From an uncultured Nitrososphaerota archaeon (lineage in GTDB: Archaea; Thermoproteota; Nitrososphaeria; Nitrososphaerales; CADDZS01), in NCBI GenBank assembly GCA_963799845.1, contig CAWCYI010000006.1, positions 832,001 through 896,000 on the forward strand: a stretch of 64,000 nt of DNA, in the 5' to 3' direction. The notes beneath the pieces are model-generated. The model made no database searches. It had not been told where the DNA came from and saw only the letters and a program-made list of their open reading frames with translations. The translations under genes were made by a program, and so were the position numbers. Position 1 is the stretch's first letter. Each line of letters starts with the position of its first letter. Shown here in pieces: positions 32,120-43,023 of the stretch.

Positions 32120-33526
32120 ATGTTCTCGGCCGAGACAAAAACAGGCGCGATGACAATTCACAGTTACATTCCTAACAGCGACCCAGAGATCAAGCGTGAA
32201 ATGCTCGAATTCATTGGGGTCAGTGACATAGATGAGCTCTTTGACGTGATTCCTGACCGAATAAAGCCAAAAAAATCTTTGGCACTTCCACCTGCTCTCC
32301 CAGAATCAGAGGTCAAGAGAAAAGTGGAGGCGTTGCTTGCGAGGAATGCATCATGCAACGAGCTGGTCAATTTTCGTGGGGCGGGTTGCTGGCAGCATTA
32401 TGTTCCTGCGGTATGCGACGAAATTAATTCTCGTTCCGAGTTTTTGACCGGGTACACTGGCGAGCCTTATTCAGATCTCGGACGGTATCAATCCCTTTTC
32501 GAATTTCAAAGTATGATGGCAGACCTTGTTGACATGGACGCGGTACTCTATCCGTTGTATGATTGGCCGACTTCTGCGGGTGACGCCCTTCGAATGGCTG
32601 GCATGGTGACAGAGCGAAAGGAGATACTGGTTCCAAGAACGATAAGTCCCGAGAGGTTGAAAGTGATCAGAAATTACACGGGTGATTCCATCAGGATTGG
32701 TTTTGTCGAACATGATACGAATGGTCTGCTGAATCTGAAAGACCTGAAGAATAAAATTTCCCCAGCGACGGCTGCCATCTATTTCGAGAATCCGACCTAT
32801 CTTGGTTTCATAGAAACAAATGGTGATGAAATCGGTGAGATAGCTCACAACAATGGATCGTTGTTAGTTGTAGGCGTTGAGCCCCTGTCCCTGGGCATCT
32901 TGACGCCTCCCGGAGAGTATGGAGCCGACATTGTTTGTGGTGAATGTCAGCCGCTCGGACTACACATGGGCTATGGAGGTGTCTCTCTGGGTTTCCTGGC
33001 TTGTAGGGATGACATCCGATTTCTATCATCCACAGGACATCGATTGATTACGATAGCTGAAACAGAACGGGCCGGAGAACGGGGATTTTCCTATCTGCTC
33101 CCCCACCGGTCGATGTTCGCTGAAAGGGAAAAAGCGGCATCAATCACCGGCACGACAACAGTAATCTGGGCGATCACGGCTGCCGTTTACCTATCATTAT
33201 TGGGTCCAATCGGCATTGCAGAACTCGCCACCGTCATCATGCAAAAAACCAATCATGCAATGAAACTCATTTCAGAGATCGAGGGTGTAGAGGCGCCGCT
33301 ATTCGAATCTCCTCACTTTGAAGAATTCACCGTGAATTTTGACGGAACAGGGAAAAGAGTGCGCGACATAAATCACTCTTTGCTCGACCGTGGAATAATT
33401 GGAGGCAAGGACATCTCCAGCGAGTTTCCAGGAATCGGAGAAACTGCGTTATTCTGCATTAATGAGCTTCATCGGAAAGAAGACATTGATAGACTAAAAC
33501 AAGAAATTGAGGAGGTTGTCTCATGA
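32120..33526 (+). CDS. gcvPA: Glycine dehydrogenase subunit 1-like (divergent)
   Basis: FRGAG, RSEFLTGY, LFEFQSM, YFENP, PGEYGADI, GECQPLG. Confidence 0.85.
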   Translation: MFSAETKTGAMTIHSYIPNSDPEIKREMLEFIGVSDIDELFDVIPDRIKPKKSLALPPALPESEVKRKVEALLARNASCNELVNFRGAGCWQHYVPAVCDEINSRSEFLTGYTGEPYSDLGRYQSLFEFQSMMADLVDMDAVLYPLYDWPTSAGDALRMAGMVTERKEILVPRTISPERLKVIRNYTGDSIRIGFVEHDTNGLLNLKDLKNKISPATAAIYFENPTYLGFIETNGDEIGEIAHNNGSLLVVGVEPLSLGILTPPGEYGADIVCGECQPLGLHMGYGGVSLGFLACRDDIRFLSSTGHRLITIAETERAGERGFSYLLPHRSMFAEREKAASITGTTTVIWAITAAVYLSLLGPIGIAELATVIMQKTNHAMKLISEIEGVEAPLFESPHFEEFTVNFDGTGKRVRDINHSLLDRGIIGGKDISSEFPGIGETALFCINELHRKEDIDRLKQEIEEVVS

Positions 33527-35079
33527 CTGAGACAGGTTATAGATCGGTTTCATGGCACGAACCCATTGTTTATGAGTTGAGTAAAAAGGGGCGGCGAGGA
33601 TTCATTCCTACAAAAGCGGAGGAGGAAGTGTTAGCAACTTCGGGTGATGTAATTTCACTATTACCAACTAAGATGCGCAGAAAGAATCTGCCTTCTCTAC
33701 CGGAAATGTCAGAACCGCAGGTGGTACGGCATTATATCCATCTATCGCAAGAGAATTTTGGGGTCGATTCGGGCATCAATGTTGGAGTCGGCACTTGCAC
33801 AATGAAGTACAATCCGTGGTTGGACGAGATATTATCACGAGGTCCAAAAATCGCCGATTTACATCCACTCCAAGACGAAAGTACAGTGCAGGGGATTCTG
33901 GAAGTAATGTATACGATGGGGCAATGGCTCTGCGACATTTCTGGAATGGAGGAATGCTCCCTGCAACCGAGGGCAGGGGCTAGCGCGATATTTACGAATG
34001 CTCTAATGATAAAGGCTCATCATAGATCGAATGGGGAGCTTGAGCAGCGTCGAGAAATCATAACCACAGTGCTTTCACATCCTTCCGATGGCGCAGCTCC
34101 AGCAATGGCAGGATTCAAGGTCATCTCTCTTCATCCGAACGCAGATACAGGTACCCTGAATGCGGAGGCGCTCAAAGCAGTTGTCTCGAAACACACTGCA
34201 GGATTAATCATGACTGATCCGTACGATACGGGCATATTCGATCCGGACATTGACGAGTACGTAAAAATTATCCATGATTCTGGAGGACTGGTGGCTATAG
34301 ACCAGGCTAACGCGAACTCGATTTTGGGCAAATTGAGGATAGGGGACACCGATGCGGACATGTGCCACTTCAATCTTCACAAATCCTTTGCCGTACCGCA
34401 TGCTTCTGGAGGTCCCGGTAGTGCGCCTGTTTGCGTCAAGAAAGAATTCTCAAAGTTTCTCCCAGTACCTATCGTGCGATTTGACGGTACAAAATATGAC
34501 CTTGACTACGAACGTCCCCAGAGCATAGGCAAAGTTGGTGGTTTTTTTGGGGTTGCGCCAAATGTGTTGCGAGCCTATGTTTGGATACTGAGCATGGGCA
34601 GTGAAGGCCTGAAGGAAGTGTCTGATGTTGCCGTGATTAACAACAATTATTTGATTAAGATACTCCAGAATGTGAAAGGGATCAGCCTCCCTTGGAGCAA
34701 AGCCCAACCGATTAGACTTCAAGAGGCGAGATTCAGTTTGGAAAATATGAAGAAAGAAACCGGTGTTGGCATCGACGATGTAAATCGAAGGATAGTAGAT
34801 TTTGGTGTTCAGAGATGCTTTACCAGTCATGAGCCCTGGCTTGTCCCCGAACCATTTACCCCTGAACCCGCTGAATCTGCGACGAAGGAGGACCTAGATA
34901 GATTTGCCGAGATTTTCAACGAGATTTCATATGAGGCATACACAAATCCAGAAGTGTTTACGCACTCACCGCATAACTGCGCAATCGGCAGGATCGATTC
35001 AACATATAGTACAGATCCGAAAAAATGGGCCACGACGTGGAGGGTCCATCTGAGAAAAAGATTGAAAAACGGAAATTAG
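33523..35079 (+). CDS. gcvPB: Glycine dehydrogenase subunit 2-like (divergent)
   Basis: VVRHYIHLSQ, GTCTMKYNP, HFNLHKSF (PLP lysine), GGPG. Confidence 0.88.
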   Translation: MTETGYRSVSWHEPIVYELSKKGRRGFIPTKAEEEVLATSGDVISLLPTKMRRKNLPSLPEMSEPQVVRHYIHLSQENFGVDSGINVGVGTCTMKYNPWLDEILSRGPKIADLHPLQDESTVQGILEVMYTMGQWLCDISGMEECSLQPRAGASAIFTNALMIKAHHRSNGELEQRREIITTVLSHPSDGAAPAMAGFKVISLHPNADTGTLNAEALKAVVSKHTAGLIMTDPYDTGIFDPDIDEYVKIIHDSGGLVAIDQANANSILGKLRIGDTDADMCHFNLHKSFAVPHASGGPGSAPVCVKKEFSKFLPVPIVRFDGTKYDLDYERPQSIGKVGGFFGVAPNVLRAYVWILSMGSEGLKEVSDVAVINNNYLIKILQNVKGISLPWSKAQPIRLQEARFSLENMKKETGVGIDDVNRRIVDFGVQRCFTSHEPWLVPEPFTPEPAESATKEDLDRFAEIFNEISYEAYTNPEVFTHSPHNCAIGRIDSTYSTDPKKWATTWRVHLRKRLKNGN

Positions 35080-35295
35080 AACTGATGGGAGCCAAAAAAG
35101 GGACTACGTTTTGGAAAGATCCTTTCTTCTATTTAGGTAATGGAACTACGGCAAAATTTGAATGAGCACTCCTGGTCCATTCCCAAATAATGATAGATTA
35201 ATAGGAGAGGATTTTACGGAACGACGACAAGAATTGATTCGCGATAAAGCTCCGAGATCAGACCAGCATTCAGAACTCCTTCTAAGAGGGTTTAG

Positions 35296-36522
35296 GTGAA
35301 ATATATGGAAGAACATCTCTTTTCAAAAGAAGCATACGAAAAACCTCTCAAGATTGGTGAGAAGCCGTCTGATGATCTTGCGTTAGACAACTATCTTACT
35401 TTCGCGTGCAGGCACAAGTTTTGTCGAGAAATATGTCCCGTTAATCAAGTCACTCGGAACGAATCCCATACGCCCTATGGATTCAATACCGCACTTCTCT
35501 CAGTTCATCAGGGAATGAGTGAATTCAAGGAGCTTGCAGATACTTTTACTCACTGTCTTCAGTGCGGGGCCTGTGAGGTCAGGTGCCCCAATACATTGTT
35601 CATGGCCGATTTTTACAAAACAGCCCTGACCACGGTCGAGCTTGTTAGAAAAGTTAGAAGCGATCTTGTAAGGGGAGGAGTTGGCTATCCCAATTCTACA
35701 CAAGTTCAAATGGAACTGGAAACGCACTTGGCTACTATCGAAAAATCCCAAGAGATGCTATCTTGGACAACTGGCTTGGATGTCCAGGTAGGTGGACAGA
35801 GCACCGCCGTTCTATACATAAGCAGGTTCACCGCTACGCAAGTAAGTGAAACTGCAAGGGCCGCGGCAAGGCTCCTGAAAGTAGCTGGAATTGACTTCGC
35901 TATTATGGAGAAGGTCAATGCCGGGATCGGCGAAGCTCTAGACGTTGCAAAGGAAGATATTTTTGTCGAACTAGCGCGCAGGGATATTGACGCATTACGT
36001 AAGATGGGAGCTGAAGTTGTAATTGTTGTCGACCCGCACGATTACTTCTTCTTCAAACGAGATTACGAAAGAATGCTGGGAAAACTTCCCTTCAGGGTCG
36101 TATTTGTTACCGATATTCTTTCGGAGCTAATCGAGGAAGGCAAGATCCTCCCAAAAAATTCAGTTCATAAGAAAATAACTTTCCACGATCCTTGCACGTT
36201 AAACAAGCTGACGAACCTCTGGGAATCGCCAAGAAAGATTCTTCGCGCAATCCCCGGAGTAGATTTTCTTGACGAAGATCACGTCGACCAATGGTACTAT
36301 TGCTGCGGAAACGGTGTATCTACCTTCAAGAAGGTGAAACCCGAGATTGCGGCCGAGATTGGACAGCGAAGATTGAGGAAGGCAAAGGATACTGGAGCTG
36401 AAAGCCTGGCATTGGCTTGTCCTCATTGCTGGGATCACTTCACAGAAGTAAAGTCGAGTTCGCGTCTCGATATCGAGTTACTAAATGTTGTTGACCTCCT
36501 AGCTCAATCTGTAGGTGTTTAA
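35296..36522 (+). CDS. Fe-S / CCG-domain oxidoreductase subunit (GlcF/HdrD-like)
   Basis: CRHKFCREICP, CLQCGACEVRCP, FHDPC, CCG, ACPHC. Confidence 0.85.
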   Translation: MKYMEEHLFSKEAYEKPLKIGEKPSDDLALDNYLTFACRHKFCREICPVNQVTRNESHTPYGFNTALLSVHQGMSEFKELADTFTHCLQCGACEVRCPNTLFMADFYKTALTTVELVRKVRSDLVRGGVGYPNSTQVQMELETHLATIEKSQEMLSWTTGLDVQVGGQSTAVLYISRFTATQVSETARAAARLLKVAGIDFAIMEKVNAGIGEALDVAKEDIFVELARRDIDALRKMGAEVVIVVDPHDYFFFKRDYERMLGKLPFRVVFVTDILSELIEEGKILPKNSVHKKITFHDPCTLNKLTNLWESPRKILRAIPGVDFLDEDHVDQWYYCCGNGVSTFKKVKPEIAAEIGQRRLRKAKDTGAESLALACPHCWDHFTEVKSSSRLDIELLNVVDLLAQSVGV

Positions 36523-36523
36523 G

Positions 36524-36718
36524 ATGCCAGAAGATTTCGTGGAACGCGACGGGCATTATGAAATAGACCAGGCTAGAATGAAAAAGGTCAGCAAGTCAGT
36601 CATCAAAGGCATGACTGAGGAAGAGGTCATGAAGATAACTGAAATGCGAAAGGAGTACATCAGATGGATGCACAATAATTTCGCAAAGAAGGTCTTGAAA
36701 CCTCCAAACGATCCTTAG
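36524..36718 (+). CDS. Small hypothetical protein
   Basis: Tightly coupled downstream of the Fe-S gene. Confidence 0.5.
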   Translation: MPEDFVERDGHYEIDQARMKKVSKSVIKGMTEEEVMKITEMRKEYIRWMHNNFAKKVLKPPNDP

Positions 36719-36792
36719 ATAGAATTGTTGTTCGTAGCATTCAGATGCTCATTTCTGGTCTGGCAATATTCTCCTTTTCGTGTAATTGAATT

Positions 36793-37575
36793 ATGAAAAT
36801 CGCCTGTTTTGCAAAGTACGGCTTCGATCCGGCTAATCTGGTATTCAATAGCGCCAAGACTGCAGTAGATTTCGAACGATCGCCAAAGAAAATCAGTGAG
36901 GCTGATATCAACGGAGTTGAACAGGCCGTCAGAATAAAATCAACTTTGAAAGCGACTGTGAATATATTCACGCTTGGGCCCAACGAGGCCCTCAAATCGC
37001 TCAAAGAACTTGTAGCCATGGGTGCGGACAAAGCCTACTTGATTTCTGATCAATTGTTCTCAATTCAAGATTCATTTACAACTGCGACAATCTTGTGTGA
37101 AGCTCTTAGAAAATTTGGTCCGTATGATCTGATGCTCGCGGGTCATGCATCTGAGGATAGTTACTCTGGGTCTGTCGCCTTGATGGTAGCTGAGATGTTG
37201 GGGATACCCCACATCGCCTACGCTTCGAAGATTACTGTATCCCCGGATTCGATTGTCACCGAAAGGTCGATGGATGGAAGAATCGAAGTCGTGAAAGGAA
37301 CCTACCCAGTTCTCGTAACGGTGACTCGGGAACTGAATTCGCCGAGGTATGTCACGACGCTCCAATTGCTCCGGGTTTCCAGAGACTCTGTCATCATGCT
37401 AAAGTTGTCAGACGTCGTAACGACTCCCGAAAAGATTACACTCGAAGAGCTTCAACGTAGAGTCGCTATAGTACCATTAGTCACTAGTCGGAAGAACGTG
37501 GTTATCGACGGCTCAGACCCGGTATCCGCAAGCAAGAAGCTTATCTCATTTCTGAAACAAGAACAAGTGATATGA
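36793..37575 (+). CDS. etfB: Electron transfer flavoprotein beta subunit
   Basis: AMGADKA, DLMLAG..SEDSYSG, NSPRY. Confidence 0.9.
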   Translation: MKIACFAKYGFDPANLVFNSAKTAVDFERSPKKISEADINGVEQAVRIKSTLKATVNIFTLGPNEALKSLKELVAMGADKAYLISDQLFSIQDSFTTATILCEALRKFGPYDLMLAGHASEDSYSGSVALMVAEMLGIPHIAYASKITVSPDSIVTERSMDGRIEVVKGTYPVLVTVTRELNSPRYVTTLQLLRVSRDSVIMLKLSDVVTTPEKITLEELQRRVAIVPLVTSRKNVVIDGSDPVSASKKLISFLKQEQVI

Positions 37576-38510
37576 TGGAAAAATTATTACTATTTGCTGA
37601 AGATGACTTGCAGCTTTCTGACTTGCTTAACTTTGCAGAATCAGTTGGGGCGGATGCGGCGGATTATACGATCTTAAGTGAAGGCGGAATCGTTGATCAA
37701 AATGAGTCCACTTCGAACCAGATCCATCGCGCTGTTTTTTATGAGCCCGAAAATCTAGCAAAGGATCTATTCACCGTTGCGAAAGACAATCAATACGAAA
37801 TCATAGCGCTACCCGCTACAAAGCTTGGACGGGAAATTGCGCCGAGGCTTGCCATACTTCTTCATGCTGGATATGTCGAAGGCGTTGTCAACTTTGAAAG
37901 AGTTGGCCAGGATATTCTCTTTAGAAGACTAACCTTGGGAGGAACCTGTTTGGAGACGATTAATGTAAAGACCCAAACAAAGATAGTTACTCTCAAAATC
38001 GGGAGAGATTTGAATTTGCGAGCAACACAAATCAAGAAAAATGAAATAAGAATTTTCGATAATTCTAGAAAACATGCCAAAGAGGTAATAGAAGAACGAA
38101 CTCATCAAACTGTTGAAAATATCCAAAGCGCTGATCGGATAGTTGCAATTGGAAGAGGGATTAAGAAAAAAGAAGACATCAGTATGGTCGAAGAATTTGC
38201 AAGGGCATTGGATGCAAAGATTGGTGTCACTAGACCTCTCGTTGAGGACCATAACTGGTACCCGAAGGAGAATCAAATCGGTCTTTCCGGGAATTCCGTG
38301 AGACCTAGTTTGTACATAGGGCTTGGTATATCGGGACAAATCCAGCACATAGTTGGAATGAGGGAGTCGAAAGTTGTCGTTGCTATCAACAAAGACAAGT
38401 CTGCTCCGATTTTTGCATTTGCAGATTATTGTGTCGTCGGCGATTTGTACGCAATAGTTCCCGAAATGACGAAGCTATTGAAAGAAGAAAAATTCGGCAA
38501 AGCTGCTTGA
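37572..38510 (+). CDS. etfA: Electron transfer flavoprotein alpha subunit
   Basis: VAIGRG, QIGLSG, GISGQIQH.VGM, AINKD..APIF. Confidence 0.92.
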   Translation: MMEKLLLFAEDDLQLSDLLNFAESVGADAADYTILSEGGIVDQNESTSNQIHRAVFYEPENLAKDLFTVAKDNQYEIIALPATKLGREIAPRLAILLHAGYVEGVVNFERVGQDILFRRLTLGGTCLETINVKTQTKIVTLKIGRDLNLRATQIKKNEIRIFDNSRKHAKEVIEERTHQTVENIQSADRIVAIGRGIKKKEDISMVEEFARALDAKIGVTRPLVEDHNWYPKENQIGLSGNSVRPSLYIGLGISGQIQHIVGMRESKVVVAINKDKSAPIFAFADYCVVGDLYAIVPEMTKLLKEEKFGKAA

Positions 38511-38586
38511 TTGCTACCGAAGCAAAAGACTGGTTCATCAGATCTCTTCGCAAAAACTTTAAGCGCAAACGCATGTTCGAGTTAGC

Positions 38587-39648
38587 ATGGCCACACTCAC
38601 GTTTGAACAGATATCTCGGGTCTGTTCAAGCATATTGGAAGGATTTGGAACACCGCCATCTGAAGCAAAAATTGTGGGTGATCACTTGGCGCGAGCGAAT
38701 CTATTCGGACATGATTCCCATGGTCTCCAAAGCATAACCTACTACGCATTCCTCATCCGTAGTGGTCTGATGAAATCAGTAACAGAGTGGCGCGTGGTCC
38801 GAGACACCCCAAGTGTGGCCCTGATCGATGGAGGCGCGGGGCTTGGTCAGGTCGTATGCACAAATGCGACGAAGCTGGCGGTTATGAAAGCAAGAAATTC
38901 GGGCATTGGGTCAGTCGGTATATTCAACTGCGGTCACATAGGTCGTCTCGGCGAGTACACATCAATGATTGCAGACGAGAAGATGATTGGAATGGTTTTT
39001 GCAAACACCGATCCGACGATGGCGCCTTGGGGCGGAATGGGAAGGGTCCTTGGCACTAATCCAATGAGCTTTGCGTTTCCCGCCGGGGTAGAAAATCCTG
39101 TGATGGTGGATTTTGCATCCGCTGCAGTGGCTGAAGGAAAAATTAAGGCGGCTCTATACAAAGGGGAGTCAATTCCGCAGGGATGGATATTGGACAAGAA
39201 TGGAATGCCTACTACAAATCCCGCCGATTTGTACAGCCCACCACTTCCTCCTGATGGCCAGAATCTTGCCGGTACGCAACTCCCTGCGGCTGGGCACAAG
39301 GGATTTGGATTGGCGGTTGCCGTCGACATAATAGCGGGTGCTTTGACCGGATCAGGGTGTGGGTATGATGTCAAAGCCGGGAATGGAGTCTTCATTCAGG
39401 CAATCAACATAGAGTGCTTCGGATCGGTTGACAAATATGGAGAGCGAGTGGACAAGTTGATCAACGAAATCAAAACTTCTCCAAAAGCTCCTGGAGTTTC
39501 CGAAATACTGATGCCGGGAGAACCCGAGTCTAGAAGTGCTCAAAACCGCAAGAAACATGGAATCTCCATTTCCGAAAAGACTTGGGCAGATGTCGTGAAG
39601 TTAGGTAGGGAATTAGGAATAGATGTTGAAGATATTGTTGCGCGATAG
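38587..39648 (+). CDS. Ldh_2 family (malate/L-lactate/sulfolactate-type) dehydrogenase
   Basis: GHDSHG, HIGRLG, GTNP, HKGFGL, PGEPE. Confidence 0.9.
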   Translation: MATLTFEQISRVCSSILEGFGTPPSEAKIVGDHLARANLFGHDSHGLQSITYYAFLIRSGLMKSVTEWRVVRDTPSVALIDGGAGLGQVVCTNATKLAVMKARNSGIGSVGIFNCGHIGRLGEYTSMIADEKMIGMVFANTDPTMAPWGGMGRVLGTNPMSFAFPAGVENPVMVDFASAAVAEGKIKAALYKGESIPQGWILDKNGMPTTNPADLYSPPLPPDGQNLAGTQLPAAGHKGFGLAVAVDIIAGALTGSGCGYDVKAGNGVFIQAINIECFGSVDKYGERVDKLINEIKTSPKAPGVSEILMPGEPESRSAQNRKKHGISISEKTWADVVKLGRELGIDVEDIVAR

Positions 39649-39726
39649 TATTTGAGATCCAAATTATTTTATATTTCACTCAATTGAAAACGAAACCAAT
39701 CTTTGTTTCCACGGAGTCAGTAAAAA

Positions 39727-40494
39727 ATGTCTAATGTACCACGTCGACTTGAAGGTAAATCTGCTCTTGTCACGGGATCTAGCTCGGGTATCGGAAGAGG
39801 AATAGCTATCCGATTTGCCAGGGAGGGTGCCAATGTCGCGATAAACTATTCAAAATCAAAGGAATCAGCTGACAATACTTTGAGTGAAGTCAAGGCAACG
39901 GGTGCGAAAGGTATTGCGATCAGAGCAGATGTTTCGAGAACCGAGCAGGTTGATAGGATGGTTTCTGAAACCATCCATGAATTCGGAAGACTAGATATTC
40001 TTGTAAATAACGCCGGAGTCTTCATCGAGAAATCTCTGGAAGAAACGACGGATGAAATTTGGGACACCATCCTCGGCGTGAATCTTAAGGGAGCTTTTCT
40101 TTGCGCAAGGCGATGCGTCCCAGAAATGGTAAAGCTCGGCAAAGGCAAGATAATCAACACCGCCTCTATGGACGGTCTCATTGCTGAGCCGAATATACCA
40201 GCTTACTGTTCATCCAAGGCTGGAATAATTGGGCTTACGACCTCTCTCGCGCTTGATCTTGCGAGCAAGAAGATCAATGTAAATGCGATTGCGCCCGGAC
40301 AGATTCAAACGCCAATGATAGCGGAATGGCTGAAAAATCCAGAGCTTGTCAAAGGTCTCACTTCGAAGACGCCGCTAGGTAGGCTTGGACAGCCAGAAGA
40401 TGTTGCGGCAACTGCAGCATTCCTTGCGGCGGATGAAAGTGATTTTATCACCGGTAACGTGATTCTCGTCGATGGCGGCTGGATTATTCAGTAA
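39727..40494 (+). CDS. Short-chain dehydrogenase/reductase
   Basis: TGSSSGIG, NNAG, YCSSK, VDGG. Confidence 0.9.
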   Translation: MSNVPRRLEGKSALVTGSSSGIGRGIAIRFAREGANVAINYSKSKESADNTLSEVKATGAKGIAIRADVSRTEQVDRMVSETIHEFGRLDILVNNAGVFIEKSLEETTDEIWDTILGVNLKGAFLCARRCVPEMVKLGKGKIINTASMDGLIAEPNIPAYCSSKAGIIGLTTSLALDLASKKINVNAIAPGQIQTPMIAEWLKNPELVKGLTSKTPLGRLGQPEDVAATAAFLAADESDFITGNVILVDGGWIIQ

Positions 40495-40553
40495 TCAAGT
40501 CGTTACAGAATTTCTTCCAACCCTATTTCGACTTCACGGCTAATTAGATAATT

Positions 40554-42062
40554 TTGTCCACTTCACAAGAATTTCCGGAATCTCTCATAAAGAGCCTTAG
40601 CTCATTGCTTGGATCTAGGAACGTATTAACCGAGCCTCATCAACGAGCAATGCGATCGGTAACACCAGCTCCCTTTCCTCTTCACAGGTGGAAGGAACAC
40701 ATGCCGGATGTCGTCGTATTACCAGGAAGCACTGAAGATGTTTCGGAAATTTTGAAACTGGCAAATCAATTCAGGGTTCCTGTTGTTCCGAGAGCTGGGG
40801 GAACAGGACTAAATGATGGCGCCGTTCCGCTGAGAAAAGGGATTGTTGTCGACATCAAACGACTCGATCAGATTCTTGAAGTCGATGAAGACAACATGAC
40901 TGTCACGACTCAGACAGGAATCAACAACCAAGAACTCAGCAGGTCGCTCAAAAAATTTGATCTTTGGTGGCCCTTCGATCCGGCTTCCTTTCCAGTTTCG
41001 ATCATAGGAGGAAACATTGGGACTGGAGCATGGTCTCTGATTAGTGGCATATCTGGACACATTCCCGATCTGGTGTTGAGCATGACGTTTGTATTGCCGA
41101 CTGGCAAAATCGTCGAAATAGGTGAAGGTGGAGGGAGAAAAATAAGAAAATCCTCAACCGGTTACCGACTAAAAGACCTCTTTATTGGGCATCAGGGGAC
41201 TCTGGGGATTGCAACTGAGGCTACACTGGACGTATTCCCTCGGCCTGAAGCAGAGTTTTCTGCATTCTTCGGATTTGGAAGCTTCGAAGAAGGCTACGCG
41301 TGCCTGGGAAAAATGAGCAAATCATTTTTGCGGACGATGGCCGCCGTTGCATTGTTTGACGAAGACAAGCTAAATTTTCTTCGTCGCGATGATGAAGCGT
41401 ACATTACACTTTCCACCAAAATAAAATCGGTCATCGCAACGGCGTTTTACGGAACGGAGGGTGAAGTCAAGGCTTCATCCAAGAAGATCTTTGAAATCGC
41501 CAAACTAAACGGAGGCGAGTACCTTGGCGAGGAACTGTCCGAGGGGGACTGGGCGTCGAGACACGACAGGTACCATCTTGCCTTGCACGGAAGAGATTTG
41601 AAGGGCAATGTGATGCCGAGTACCTGGCATGATGAAGATGCTGCCATAATTTACACCGAACTTCCATCAGTGCGGACCGAATGGAAAAATGTTGTCAAGG
41701 AATACAACGACAAGTACGGAATATTCGATTATGGAGGGGCATTCTTTTACAACAATTCCCCGTTTCGTCCATGGGGCGACTATCTGGCGGAGATGGACAT
41801 TTTCATACCTGAAATGGAACTTGATGATGAAAAGTGGAATGCGTGGGTTGAGCTCACGAAGAAGATAAGTGAAATCAGCATAAACCACCAGGGGAGTATT
41901 TCAGCGGCCCACGGAGCGACGAGACCCGGGCAGGATGAAATGATCAAAATGGAACTTCAGAACGGGATGTACGATATAATGAAGATGATAAAAAAATCGA
42001 TCGATCCTAACAACATAATGAACCCTGGCAAGTTTGGTCTGGATTCGGCATACTCTGAATAG
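40554..42062 (+). CDS. FAD-linked oxidase (GlcD/D-lactate dehydrogenase-like)
   Basis: PRAGGTG, DPAS, GHQGTLG, SISAAHG, DPNNIMNPGK. Confidence 0.9.
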   Translation: MSTSQEFPESLIKSLSSLLGSRNVLTEPHQRAMRSVTPAPFPLHRWKEHMPDVVVLPGSTEDVSEILKLANQFRVPVVPRAGGTGLNDGAVPLRKGIVVDIKRLDQILEVDEDNMTVTTQTGINNQELSRSLKKFDLWWPFDPASFPVSIIGGNIGTGAWSLISGISGHIPDLVLSMTFVLPTGKIVEIGEGGGRKIRKSSTGYRLKDLFIGHQGTLGIATEATLDVFPRPEAEFSAFFGFGSFEEGYACLGKMSKSFLRTMAAVALFDEDKLNFLRRDDEAYITLSTKIKSVIATAFYGTEGEVKASSKKIFEIAKLNGGEYLGEELSEGDWASRHDRYHLALHGRDLKGNVMPSTWHDEDAAIIYTELPSVRTEWKNVVKEYNDKYGIFDYGGAFFYNNSPFRPWGDYLAEMDIFIPEMELDDEKWNAWVELTKKISEISINHQGSISAAHGATRPGQDEMIKMELQNGMYDIMKMIKKSIDPNNIMNPGKFGLDSAYSE

Positions 42063-42658
42063 TCTTGGATTTCAAAGACGAATGTTCCCAGTAGGTAACT
42101 AATTTTCTGCAACCTCTGTTTACTTTACAATCCGTATATCGGTATTATGATGGTTGTCCCTTCGTAAGGTTAGCTGAGCGATCTAGAACGAGGGAGAAAA
42201 GATGTACGGCAGGGGGACCCTGACATGAAGTTCGGTGTAGCCTCCGCTGCGGCAGCACTCAAAGTCGATCAAGGACTTTAGGGTTGAGCTCGAAGGAGAC
42301 CTGATATTTCCAGGAGTTGCTGATGAAGAATCCTTCGAGCCTGCTGGGACAAAGTATCTCCTCGAAAGAGGGATAAAGCTGACAATGCAATTGTCGCTGA
42401 ACCTACAGACCTTCAGATCAAACTTGCTCAGCGCGGATGCTCTGGCTAGAAGTAACAACAGAAGGAAGAGCTGCTCACGGCGGTAGACTGGCAGCAGAGG
42501 TGGAGACTAGCGATCTGATAGTCTATTAGCGAGTGATGAGTTAATTCCATAGCGCGCGCGCGCTATGACAGGACTACCGCACAGCCCTTTATTGCAAAAG
42601 GCGTAGTTTAATACGCATTTACTCGGAAATCTGTCCAAATGCCTTCACTACATCATGA

Positions 42659-42958
42659 TTGGTCGTCCTTGTTTTAGACTATAACCTAGAGAGAGCGAAC
42701 AGGCCCGATTGCCAGAGCTGTGGCAACTACTGGGTTGCCTATGTGAACGTTAAGGTTCCTGAGGAGTTAGCCGAGGGCATTGACGCGGTGATAAGGGAGC
42801 GTAAGTTGGGTTACAGAAGTAGGGCGGAATTCGTGGGAGAGGCTAGCAGACAGAGGCTCATCGAATCAAGAAGATCAAATGAAGCTTTTTTGCTATTTCG
42901 TTCCCGACTTTTCTTAGATAATAGCCAAAAACGTAGAATCTACTTGGAGCAACAGTAA
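42659..42958 (+). CDS. Ribbon-helix-helix (CopG-like) regulator; true start probably ~42735
   Basis: VNVKVPEELAEGID...GYRSRAEFV. Confidence 0.65.
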   Translation: MVVLVLDYNLERANRPDCQSCGNYWVAYVNVKVPEELAEGIDAVIRERKLGYRSRAEFVGEASRQRLIESRRSNEAFLLFRSRLFLDNSQKRRIYLEQQ

Positions 42959-42984
42959 TCCCTTCGAACAGTGCATGGAAAGGG

Positions 42985-42999
42985 TAGTAATGCATATAG
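42985..42999 (+). promoter_or_regulatory. Shared TATA-like promoter motif
   Basis: tagtaatgcatatag; near-identical at 45986-46000 and similar at 47797-47809, each ~25 bp before a start codon. Confidence 0.5.
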
Positions 43000-43023
43000 A
43001 CCTCTTATTTGCGGCGTCGATAG

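Noticed and set aside
42183-42458. 91-aa minus-strand ORF
   Set aside because: No family signal; cannot be supported as a gene.
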